64,000 nucleotides of DNA from Acanthaster planci (lineage: Eukaryota), in the NCBI RefSeq assembly GCF_001949145.1, contig NW_019091355.1, forward strand, positions 990,083 to 1,054,082, in the 5' to 3' direction. Shown in pieces: positions 12,371 to 23,496 of this stretch. The notes beneath the pieces are model-generated. The model was given only the letters and a program-made list of their open reading frames with translations. It was not told the origin of the DNA and ran no database searches. The position numbers were made by a program, and so were the translations under genes. The stretch's first letter is position 1. Every line of letters starts with the position of its first letter.

Positions 12371-14683
12371 CGTAGCAGGTGTTTTCGAGCAAAGGGACCG
12401 CTTAATAGCACTTTCAGTTGTCTGTTTCACGTGCAATTGCTTGCGTTTGCTAAAAGATGCATTTAGTCTCTTAAATTTCACCTTAAGCGTAGGCCATGAG
12501 ACAAAAATTCTGGCCAAAAGAAACCTCTTGTGAACAGTTTTAAGAGACGTTTCAAAATAACTGCGTATCAGAGCAGACAATGTGACACCTAATGTTGTTC
12601 CAGTGATTTGTCTACAAGAAAAGGCCATACACTTACATTGATAATTAACCCATCTCGTATGTACCCGCGTACTCCAGCCCATCGTGCGGTCCGCCAGTCA
12701 GAGCCGCCGACGGTTATCGGCCCGACCAAATGTGGCAAAGGCGCCCTGGACGACCTATATTGACATGGACCCGTCTAATCCGCTCTGGAGTCGATAAACA
12801 CATCATTGACCATTGGTCTTTGACAGGCGACAGGTAGTAATCGACAGACGTGCCGGCCTTCAGTTGGTTATAGCCACTCAGAGCGGCCCACGTTCACTGA
12901 TCATGATGATGAGTTAGATATTAAACTAGGCCTAATTTTCTCCAGCGGAACAGAGATGTTCCACCTTTATGAAGCAAAGCCCAATTCACAGCTGTTTGTT
13001 GCAATTAGTCTGCAATAAGACGTGTTTATACATTAATTTAGGTCACTCAAGTGCAATGTGAAAACTAATACTTGTATAGAAGTATAACGTAACATGTAAC
13101 TATAATCTACGTACCTTAATTAAACTAATTGACGTTGTTCATCTCGTCTATATGTCACAGCTTGTCTACAAGAAACACCAAACTCGCGACCAGATCACAG
13201 GAAGCCATCTGAACACATTACCGGCAAGGTTCATTCCTTGGCAAAGCCTCTCATACTGTCACGGTTGAGTGCGCTCAGTACCATTTAAAGAATGCACACT
13301 ATAAAGGAACAAAGACCATGCTCTCTCCCTTTAGTCTTCTGTTACATAAGATATGCCACAATCACTCCCTCATTCCCGATTGCTAAGGTTAGATGTCACA
13401 GTAAGACTGTGTCTTTGACTGACACTGAACCTTTCAACTCAACTTGTTAGTTTAAAGGTGCAACCTGAACCACAATCTGAACAAATGATATCTTCAGTAA
13501 CCAATATTGATGAGTTATGGAGCGACACACAGGTATCAAGAGAATGCAATGCACATTTAAATTAAGTAAACATCTCCCACTGAGTCAAATTAAGCTCAGT
13601 ACACATAAACGCTAATGAATATCCACTATCGCATCCCCTATACTGTAAAGTAATTCGATTAATAGCATATTTCTCACCGGCAGGAGGAAAGTGCTTTTAT
13701 GAAGCATCACTTTCGCATCCAACTACCCTTGTATCTTTACACTTCAATAAACATAAAACTGTTAATTTTACAGAAAACTGAATAATAGAATCAGATTCAA
13801 ATGCAATACTGGTACCTGGACACGATTAATGTACAAATAGTGAAGGTTTTGGACAAGTGCCAAGTCTATTTTCTTCTTTTGAGTGTTTCCTTGGCTAGTT
13901 TTTGAATCTTCAGGCTAGTTTTGAACCAACAATTCAGACTCTGGGACATACTATTACATTATTTGCAACTTCAAAGAACTGGAGGTCTCTAAAAAGTCAA
14001 TGTCGACCAGTACAAAATTTCTTCTGCCTTCTCAAGAATTGTTATAATCGCATAAGTATACCTTCACATTGATCCGATACGTTCGGACAGTCTTTTCATT
14101 TCCCAAACAATAAATGTTTTGGAATGAAAGTTATACCGTCATACCGAAGACAGCATTTACAAGCTGAATACTCAAGTTTCACGCTGGGGTTTGACCAGCA
14201 ATGGATGTTTGCAAGAAGTAAGACTAAACAATGAGCACATTCATTTGGAACTTGAGACAAAGGGGACGATTCTCAAACGATTCGGTGTTACGATACCATT
14301 CCTCATTTAATATTTTACGACTGTGACTCAAACGAAATATCTAACAAAAACATTTGGGTGGATCGTTTGCTTTACATGAGCGCACCCTCCCTTACGCGTA
14401 TGGCACAAGCAACCATTAAATGTATTTTCACTTTCCAAAGATTTCATTGAACGGCATAAGCAAAACTGCAGTTAAAACAACTTTAACAGAGTGAAAGATG
14501 GCGATACATTTATGCTGCTAGTTTCGGAATCGACTTAAAACTTATTCATAGAAAGCCCTCAGAAAGTTCAAAGGTATACTCTTTTTTGAAAGATTTTTCA
14601 CCGATATATTGTTATTAAGGGTAGGCGTAGGTTTGAAGGGTCGAGTTTCCTTGGATAGAGGGAACCTCATGAGGAGTAGATGT

Positions 14684-15817
14684 TTATTCTGATGAACACC
14701 GACAGCGTATCATGGCTCTCAACACTGGGCCGAGGTGTGGATGTTTGGCAGCATAGATGAGAGGGTTAATACAGCCGTTGAGGAACAAGGCCAAACCGCC
14801 GTACAGCTGGTAGCGGTTGTTCTTAGTGACCACCATGATGGCGAGGGGCATGAAGCAAACGATGAAAGCAAACACCACCACGAAGAGGTTCTTGGTGATA
14901 GCCAGCTGGTCATGCTTGGTGCGTCTCAGCGTGTGGCGACTCTCGACGCGTCGGAGCGACCCCTGCAGGGTGCGCGTCCCTTTCGGGATGCCGCCATCAA
15001 CATCACGCATGGAGGCAGACGACTGCGCTGATGGCACGACCGTGGAGGACTGCATGTGCCCGCTCGCGTTTTGCCTGCGCTTCTTGAAGTGTTTCTTGAT
15101 ATGTCGCCAGATCAGGATGTAGGAAACAATGATCACGATGCAGGGAAATGGAAAGAAGACTCCAAACTGAATCTTGTCGTAGATTGCAGCTTTGGTGTGA
15201 GTGTCGATGTCGGTGCAGGTTCGGCTTTCTGGATCGAAGCCGATGTCGCCAACTCCGTAGAGCGGGGGCACCACTACGGCGCTAAACGGCACAAGCCAAG
15301 CAATCAAGACCATCAGGGCAATCTTCTTGGGGGTGTACAGCCATTGGTAGGTCTCCTTGGGCCTGGTGATCAATAAGCACCGATTCAAAGCGATATTTGC
15401 CAGGCTGTTCAGGCTGCAAGACACTGTGATAAAAACGAGAGCAGCCGTAACTATGCAGGGAACTGCAGTCTGCAACGGGTAGCCAGGCGTCGTACTAACC
15501 ATAGCCGGCACGCTCCATACAAAAGCCAGGCACGACAGGCAGTCAGACACGCTCAAGTTGACCACGAACACGTTGGTGGCGGTTTGGAGTTTCTTGGTAC
15601 GGGCTACGGCAACCAACACCAGGCTGTTACCGCCGAGTGTCACGACAATCAAGATGGAGAACCCAACAGCGCAGAGAACCAACTCGGGGTAAGAGTAGAG
15701 CGACCCTGTAGATAGGGGAAGTGATGAGTTCAAGAGGCGCAAGACTGTTCCGTTAACAGATGAGTTAAAAAAATCGGCCAAAGTAGGAACCGTTGCATTT
15801 GTCCTGTTATCCATCAT
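14684..15817 (-). CDS. Intronless class A GPCR, paralog 5
   Basis: 377-aa 7TM ORF with LNRC, CFMP, NPLIY and several N-terminal glycosylation sequons. Confidence 0.94.
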   Translation of the reverse strand: MMDNRTNATVPTLADFFNSSVNGTVLRLLNSSLPLSTGSLYSYPELVLCAVGFSILIVVTLGGNSLVLVAVARTKKLQTATNVFVVNLSVSDCLSCLAFVWSVPAMVSTTPGYPLQTAVPCIVTAALVFITVSCSLNSLANIALNRCLLITRPKETYQWLYTPKKIALMVLIAWLVPFSAVVVPPLYGVGDIGFDPESRTCTDIDTHTKAAIYDKIQFGVFFPFPCIVIIVSYILIWRHIKKHFKKRRQNASGHMQSSTVVPSAQSSASMRDVDGGIPKGTRTLQGSLRRVESRHTLRRTKHDQLAITKNLFVVVFAFIVCFMPLAIMVVTKNNRYQLYGGLALFLNGCINPLIYAAKHPHLGPVLRAMIRCRCSSE

Positions 15818-16653
15818 GAAGCTGAAGTGTGCGTAAGGTCAATCTGCCTACTTGTCTGGTAACTTTGCTCCATCTGTTGGTTACGGTTTCTTTGTTATCA
15901 CATTCAAGGAAATAAGAAATACAATGTTCTACACGGCCGTTTCACTTTCAACTTCTTATAAATTTCCCACAGCTTCTATGGTTCAAACAGAAAGGCTCCG
16001 AGGTATTAATTACGTTTCAGGGTTTCGAAAGACTAAAGGAGATAAATCTTGCCAAGACAAAAGCATTTCATATTAAAGGTGTGGACATGGGCTGAACTTT
16101 GGTTCAAATTGTTTGGAGATAAAAGCGAGAGTTATAAATCAAATTGATTTTCGTATCATTCCTTTGAAGGATCCAGGGCTGTTTGAACAATGGGGGTAAC
16201 CAAGCAGTATAAATTACAGCGTTCCTTGATTCACACACCAGTTCAATGAGACAAAAGTGACTTAAAGACCAAGCAGCTATGAAATCAATTTTTGAGAGCT
16301 GTATTTCTAATACTTGTGTCAGCCAAAGACTTGTTCACCTACTCGGAGGTTATCTTTTCTGTCAGTTTATCCATCCTATTCCTGAATCAGTATGTCACTG
16401 AACGGATTTGCCAAAGTACCGCATGATGTTTGGTATTAATTACTAGTTTTTCCTTTCTGAAATCCGCGTCTTCAAAGTGAATGGTCGTCCTTTAATCTCA
16501 CTGTTGTCCTGTGGCTGGAAGCAAATACAAGGGTGAGTAACGCTTTGAAGTTCTGGACTTGGCCTTGGACTTGGCCTTGCTTTGGTCTCGGGGTCTTGTG
16601 GATTAGAGTAGAACACGCAACGCATCAACAACCGGAGAATCAGCAGAAAGACC

Positions 16654-17793
16654 ATGAAGCTTCCAATCAACTCTCCTCTTCAGCCAGAGTCAACTCCTTT
16701 GGCAAACCCAAGTGTTCTACCAAACTCTACTCTGTCACCAAACTCAACTTTTCTTCCATCAGCTGAGGCGTTGTATACTAACCCAGAGTTCACCTTCTTT
16801 TCTGTCGGTTTTTCCATCCTGATAGTCTTAGCAATCGCCGGTAACAGCATGGTGTTGGTTGCCGTAGCTCGGACCAAGAAACTCCAGACCGTCACCAATG
16901 TGTTCGTGGTCAATCTCAGCGTGACTGATTGCCTATCCAGTTTTGCTTTTCTCTGGAGCGTGCTGGGAATGGCAAGTACGACACCGGGATATCTGCTGCA
17001 GTCTGACGTCCCGTGTGTAACAGCAGCTGGTGCCGTGTTTACAGCCGTGGGCTGTAGCCTGTACACACTCGCTAGCATCGCCCTGAACCGATACATTCTG
17101 ATCACAAGGTCCAGGGAGACCTTTCAGTGGCTGTACACACCCAAGAAGATCACCCTGATGGTCTCAGGCTCCTGGCTCGTCCCTGTATGTGCCATCGTCA
17201 TGCCCCCAGTTTTTGGAGTCGGCGACCTCGGCTTTGATCCTGAGAGCCGAACCTGCAGCGATGTTGACACTCATCCCATGGCCGATGCCTACGATAAGGT
17301 ACAGTTCTGGGTCTTGTATCCGTTACCGCTCGTGGTTATCGTCGTTTCGTACGTCTTGATCTGGCGATACATGAAACAGCATTTCAGTAAACGCCGCCAA
17401 AAAGGCGTGAGTCAGCAAGTGTCAACGCTAAAAGCCGACTACTCGTCCACTTCAAAGTTAGACATCGATGACAACCGTCACGCTGGAGGTTTTGTGAAAT
17501 CAGTTGCATCTTCTCAAAACACCGGGAGCTCACGTCATCTCAGCCGCATCAAGAAGGACCAGTTAACTATCACCAAGAACCTCTTCGTCGTGGTGTTAAC
17601 ATTCTTGGTTTGCTTCACTCCTATCGCCATTATGGTGGTTACCAAGAGCAACCGCTACATGCTTTACGGCGCTCTGACAATGTTCCTCAGCAGCGGTATC
17701 AACCCGTTCATTTACGCGGCTAAGCATCCTCACTTCAAGCCTGTCTTACGGTCCATGGTCTGGTGCAGATGCTCCACAGAGACGATGGCATAA
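16654..17793 (+). CDS. Intronless class A GPCR, paralog 6 (inverted relative to the others)
   Basis: 379-aa 7TM ORF with LNRY, CFTP, NPFIY. Confidence 0.94.
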   Translation: MKLPINSPLQPESTPLANPSVLPNSTLSPNSTFLPSAEALYTNPEFTFFSVGFSILIVLAIAGNSMVLVAVARTKKLQTVTNVFVVNLSVTDCLSSFAFLWSVLGMASTTPGYLLQSDVPCVTAAGAVFTAVGCSLYTLASIALNRYILITRSRETFQWLYTPKKITLMVSGSWLVPVCAIVMPPVFGVGDLGFDPESRTCSDVDTHPMADAYDKVQFWVLYPLPLVVIVVSYVLIWRYMKQHFSKRRQKGVSQQVSTLKADYSSTSKLDIDDNRHAGGFVKSVASSQNTGSSRHLSRIKKDQLTITKNLFVVVLTFLVCFTPIAIMVVTKSNRYMLYGALTMFLSSGINPFIYAAKHPHFKPVLRSMVWCRCSTETMA

Positions 17794-18882
17794 TACGTTT
17801 ACATCGACCTAGTGGTGTGGACTACCATGGGTGACTCAAGTAGACGACGACGGGTAAGGCTATACTGGCAGGCTAATCGAACGCCCCAAAGTCCTCTCAC
17901 GACATGACACAATGTCAGCAAGGCTTGTGGGAACAGTTTTTGCCAACCGACGTGCCAGTGGGTTTGCTGAACAGCAACGCCTCAACTCTTGCTTGACATT
18001 CGAGACAAACGTGCGTTTTAGGGGGGGAAAGCCATTTTGCTAACAACTAAGGTCGACCTTTCTGCTATACACGTAACAAACTGTGAGTTGTTGGTATTCT
18101 GAGTTCTCCTCACGGCGCACAGGGCCTCTTACATTCAAACAGTATCCTGTACGGACACAATTGCATTCTTCCTGAGAGGGGCTGCGAATGTTTTACACCA
18201 AATCCACTGTAACTTTAAAAATGGACAGACAAAAAGTGTTATTCATTGGTTAAGAATTCCCCAACTTTATTCCTGGAAAATATCCACATCTTGCCACAGA
18301 CAAATATTGAAATGAAATGATTCTATATTACAACGAATAATCATAATGTAAACCTGTTGTCATTTATACTTAAATTAAACATGTACATTCCAAAATAACA
18401 GATTTCACAAATACATTAAAACAGGAGTTACACAGACAAATGTACATGTATATTGTATGTACATTTAAGACTCAGAACTGGATAAATAGCGCCAGCACTG
18501 AGTAATTTTGTGCATATTTCTCATTTTGAGAATTCGGTCACATAGTCGTGCATAATGTATACAGTTTAAAATTAGTTCATTTGTACATCATTTATACATG
18601 TTTGATTCGTAAACAAGTAGTTCAGTGATACGTGTGGGTGGGTCGACAGAGCAAGATTTGGTTCCAAGCTAACTCCAGGTATAATTTGCCGTATCTGAAT
18701 TTCTTGGCTGCGGCTTGAAATTACACACGACGCCATGGGAAGTGGCTTCAATGCTAATCCGGAACAGGAAAAGAGGCTGACGCCCAGGCGTGAGCTTAAC
18801 CCTTCCTCGAATATAAACCACTCCCTCCTGATTCCGAATTTACATCTTTAATGTCATGATCTGGTAATCTAAGCCTAAGTCT

Positions 18883-18972
18883 CTGTCTCGAGGCCAGGGC
18901 ACAGCCCCACCCCTGTCTCGAGGCCAGGGCACAGCCCCACTCCTGTCTTGAGGCCAGGGCACAGCCCTATCC
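18883..18972. repeat. Tandem repeat, 3 x 30 bp
   Basis: ctgtctcgaggccagggcacagccccaccc x3 with few substitutions. Confidence 0.95.
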
Positions 18973-19001
18973 GGTTTTGACGTAAACCAACGGACTTATA
19001 C

Positions 19002-19175
19002 CCAGCAAGAAATGAGACCGAGAGGTACCCCCCCAACATGTCCAATCCCTATACACATTCCAGACTATTGTTACTTAACACATCCCCCAAGATGTCTGAA
19101 AGGAACTCCCCAGATTCCTGCGAGACAATGACCAACACAAAGCAGGGGGGGGTTCTCTCCGTCTCATACCTTGCT
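19002..19175. repeat. Dispersed fold-back element, copy 1 (structured ncRNA domain or MITE)
   Basis: High identity to 37319-37487 in the same orientation; ends are imperfect inverted repeats (AGCAAGaaATGAGACcGAGAG...CTCTCcGTCTCATacCTTGCT). Confidence 0.85.
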
Positions 19176-22100
19176 GCGTATGAGCGGACTTGAGGCTTGT
19201 AGTGTTTTTTTGTTCCATTGTGTGCGCCGTAAAGACTAGCAAGAACGAGAATATGAACCAGGTGTTTGACAATGCCATGGATCATGGTAACCATTCATCG
19301 GAGCGAGTGAACAAACCATCCAACCCAAAACAAACAAAACACAAGGTGCAATATTACTGAGGTTGACCCGCCAGTTTCGACAAACGCGTTTGCATTACGC
19401 CACGGGATTTTCATGAGTGTTTTCCGCTTTATACTCGCAGTTACCAGCATGGCGTTTTGTTTCTAAATATGATACAATCGTGCTTTTCAGGGAAATGGGG
19501 AAAAAAATATCATAAATCGAAACGAAAGTTGAAGCCATCCTTTTCCAGAAAACTCGCATAATGATCCTGCCATAAAAACCCACGCCCGAATAGCTGGTGC
19601 TTTACTTTAATACATGTACTCGAAATACCGTAACAATATCCTTTTAATTTAATGGACAACAGCGCATTATTACTATTACATACTAAGGGTATGTTTTAAT
19701 CACGAAAACCTGCACGTCCTTTTTACTCTAAAAATACTGTTCCCACATCCTGCAGTTTAATGTATAATTCAGTCGTTTGGATACAGGGTATCGATTCTGT
19801 TTACGAGCAAAGAACCAGTCACGAACAACTATTTCCGAAAGCGATGTCGTCGATACACTGCACGGGCGCACTGTGTAGTACACGTAGGAAGGAATGTGCA
19901 CGTGTGCTTCCTTTTTGTTCTTATTTTGTTCCTGGGATATTTTATTCGCCCGAAGGATTTACAGCTACTTTGAACACTCTACATTTGAAAAGTGTGTGGG
20001 GATCACGTTTTAGGTACACATTTGTTTTTAAATGACATGTACTCAGGAAAGTGATCATCATGAAAGGTGGCTGGAAAAAAGTAAGTAGATGGTAATCTCA
20101 GCTGGGCAGGTCCTAATGTAGGTATGCTGACCCAGTTACCATTGCAGCGACTTTTATTTCCCTCACGAGACATCGAACTACTTCAACCACCTGCCCATCT
20201 GTTTTGCAAAAGCTTTGGGAAAGTGAAAGTCTGTCAAGTGCTATGAATGACCGATTTTTCCCCGTCACATATGGTGGCAGCATAGACGAAACTTCTTGGA
20301 AATTCATGTAACTAAAGGCTCTTCACAAAACATATTTTACTTCCTTGTTTCCCATCACCGGTAACCTTTTTTTTTACAATGGCTGAAATATTTGGAGCCA
20401 GACGACTGATAACTAGTAATCCATGCAAGTGCCCATGAAGCCGAAAAAGGACTGTCAGCCAAATCGCAAAGTAAAATAATATACACTGGTGTCATAATTA
20501 CGGGCCACGACCGCGGTGATGGAGAAATCACAAAAAATGCACGGTTACTTAGATTAATCAAGACGTATCAGTTATTCATTCTTATCACAACATGCTTCAA
20601 TTCTTTTTACGTCAGCTTGATAAGTCTGCAACATTCAGACAAAGCCAGGAGTTAAAAGTATCTTGTGGCTAGTCAGGCATCATTTCCATGCTAAAACAGG
20701 TCCCTGACCACCAACAGCATGCACAACATGCTTCACGAAATGGTTGCAGGTTAGAAACACTTGTTCACGTAGCCTGTTTCAAGTCTCAAGTTTCAAGAGG
20801 TGTCTTCCTAGCAATTTCAGTTTCACCATTGACAACATTCCGATGGTCTTCTTAAAGGGCTGGTATAAAAGTCGAATTCAGTGGCATAACTTGGGGGAGG
20901 GGGGGCATGTCCCCCCCCCCAGACCTGTATCTCCCTCCTACCTCTCAGAATTTAGAGAAGTTAAAAATCTGGTCATAGTCCATCTTGGTCAGAGTTTTAA
21001 CTGTGATCAAACTCACTGAGATGCCCCCCTTCAGGAGAATGAATGCCCCCAAGAACCCCCCTCCCCCTGCTAAATGTTACCAGTTACACTCCAGATCTAA
21101 TCTGTTTCTACTACTGGTACTATGAACCCCCTTAGCCTAGAAAATGTAACTGTTCTTAACTTTTACAAATTGAACGTGTATTTGCACTGACAGACAAAAA
21201 AATACTGATGCCTGGTGTTACTTGTTACATTCTCGTTTTGTTCATGTACATGTGTAATGAAAATGTACAGTCACCATGACAAAATGAATGATTAAAAGGA
21301 GTGGCGAATGTTTGAACAACATTATTCAAGGGTTGTGCCTCTATTTTGTTGATGATGAGAGAATGACCCCGCCCTCAGATGCATTTAAAGAGGGCGCTAT
21401 ACCACCCATCTTGCACTTCTTAGTGTATTAAAAACCAAAGGCTGACTTCACATGTACCATGAAGTTTTGCACCTTTTTCCCAAAGTGTTAACAAGTTGAG
21501 AGCTATGGAAAGAATAAGACATGTGCATGTGGGACTTACAGGACAAAACACCTGTCATGCTACTGCAAACAGTCAATGCACATGAACAAGTATTTAAAAC
21601 AAGCAACTAGGAGAGATTAAAATGCATTGTTTTTAATGCACTTGGTTAAAAGCATTGGAGATATAGACTGGTTGTGCCCGCTGAGTCACATGACCTAGAG
21701 TGGGTATTAAATATCAGCAAACACGGTGTCCACCAAAAGCAAGGTGTTTTATTCATATCATTTACCAAAAATAAAGCCGACGGTAGGTACAGTACAGGAC
21801 TACTGGTGTGCTGGGTACTATATCGTAATTTGGCTGTATTGTTTGTAAACAAAACACTCGAAGTGCATGTTGCTATGGGGTTGAAACCCACTCTAGATCA
21901 CATGATTTAGTGGATGCAATCAGTCATTAGATTCAATTTATTAACCACTTGCTGCCAGGTGGTTTGAAAAATGCAGTGCATTTAATCGGGACTACTTCAA
22001 CATTTTCAGTTTGCAAAATTCTTCAAAAATTCATCATTTCAATTAATGGACGTTAACACCCACACAAATTACTGTTTGGTGGCCACTCTAGTCTGACAGA

Positions 22101-23496
22101 CAAAATCTATTGACGCCCAAGTATTTCAGCCAGGCCTGCAGCCTTGTAAAAAGAGCCCAGATTGTGCGGTGTTATATAACTTTCTTTTGTTCACGAACCT
22201 GGCACAGTGCACTGCTGACCTCTTTTCAATAGGGGCCAGATTAGCATGCAGTGGTGCTGTGTGGCTCATCACTGCGGTGGTGGAGAGCTTTTGTCCCCAG
22301 TGGTAATCTGCTCCCACTGAATGCCCCAACAGTGGTATAGTGTTTCTAAACAAGGCTGGATTATCTCCACTATTGAGAGTGAAAAAATGTCAGTAATGCC
22401 CAGCAGGCTGGTCTTTTGTTCTGAGTCCGGTCTTTTGTCACAAGGCCCAGTTCCCTTTGTCTGATTTCAGAGACCCCAGCCACGTGTATAAACACAGGCA
22501 GGAAATGGTTAACCCTCTTAAAATTTCAACCATTGTATCTACACAAAAGATAAACTACATTTTAGCATCAGCTTTACTGTATAAAAAGACTTGATTTTCT
22601 ATGTTTAACGTCCAATACAGTGTATGCCTCCAAATCAGTGCAGATCCTTGCGTAGGACAGAGAGGACGCAAATGTCAACAATAAATCAGAAACTTTGGTG
22701 AACTTCCAAGGACAAACCAGATCCTTCCAGAAGAGTTGCAAATGCACTCTTGAGAGACAAGGGATGGGGGATGTCCTTATATGGTTGTGTGCAGGTGTTG
22801 ATAGGCATGTTTTTCAAGAGCTCATATCAACAAAGCATCCTAGAATTCACAACTAGAGGGTACGCTAGACCAAATAATGCTCAGATATGATCAGATTTTT
22901 AGGGTATCATTTATCAAGGCCAGACAACACATCCCATAAAAAATTGTCCCCTGGTTCTATTCATGTATGAATAATATGATGACTTAGAAAATGTCTGACG
23001 TCTCACAGTAATTTCACCCTCTAAAACATTCCTCTAACGGCATCATTGAAAATTGGCTGAAAGGCAGTGTCTTCAGAAAAAAAGAAGATAATTTCCAACT
23101 GCACAGGATTTTGTACAGTGTTTATAAATTTGTAATGCATACACGAGAAGTGAAAAAAATCGGCTGATCCAAAGCAAAGCTGCATATCTGATGCACCTGT
23201 ATCCAAACCCTAGCTCCTTCAGCCAGACATGCTGGTATCCTCTACAAAGAGTGTACTCAACAACTCAACAACCTAATGACAAAGACTCCAAGCAGCATGA
23301 TCTGGGGATTGCTCGTCGGCCAATCAAAAGATAATAGACAGCTTGGCATTCTTTGCAATGCCTGGCAGCTCATCCACAAAGCAATCACAGGGCATAATCT
23401 GACTGTCTTAGAGAGTCTGCTTAATCTACGAGAGGACTTCTACGGGAAAAAACTCAGATTTAAGGGGAAAAAACGGAAAAGGCACTGCCTTGTACC

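Noticed and set aside
18651..18690. Inverted similarity to 37155-37195 (CCAAGCTAA core), suggesting RNA-RNA pairing between the two loci
   Set aside because: Only a 9-nt exact match plus gapped flanks; not distinguishable from chance by eye.
19056..19115. RNase P/MRP or hammerhead assignment of the duplicated core
   Set aside because: The CAGACTA and GTCTGA motifs are in the wrong order for the P4 strands, and no complete CUGAnGA...GAAA core is present.
19049..19294. Small protein shared with ORF 37402-37779 (PPCFVLVIVSQESGEFLSDI)
   Set aside because: Similarity is confined to the nucleotide repeat; the G-run length differs between copies, and starts and stops are not conserved.
20879..21092. 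G/C-run element starting CAGTGGCATAACT (similar start at ~43823)
   Set aside because: Probably a decayed MITE; ends are too degenerate to delimit with confidence.
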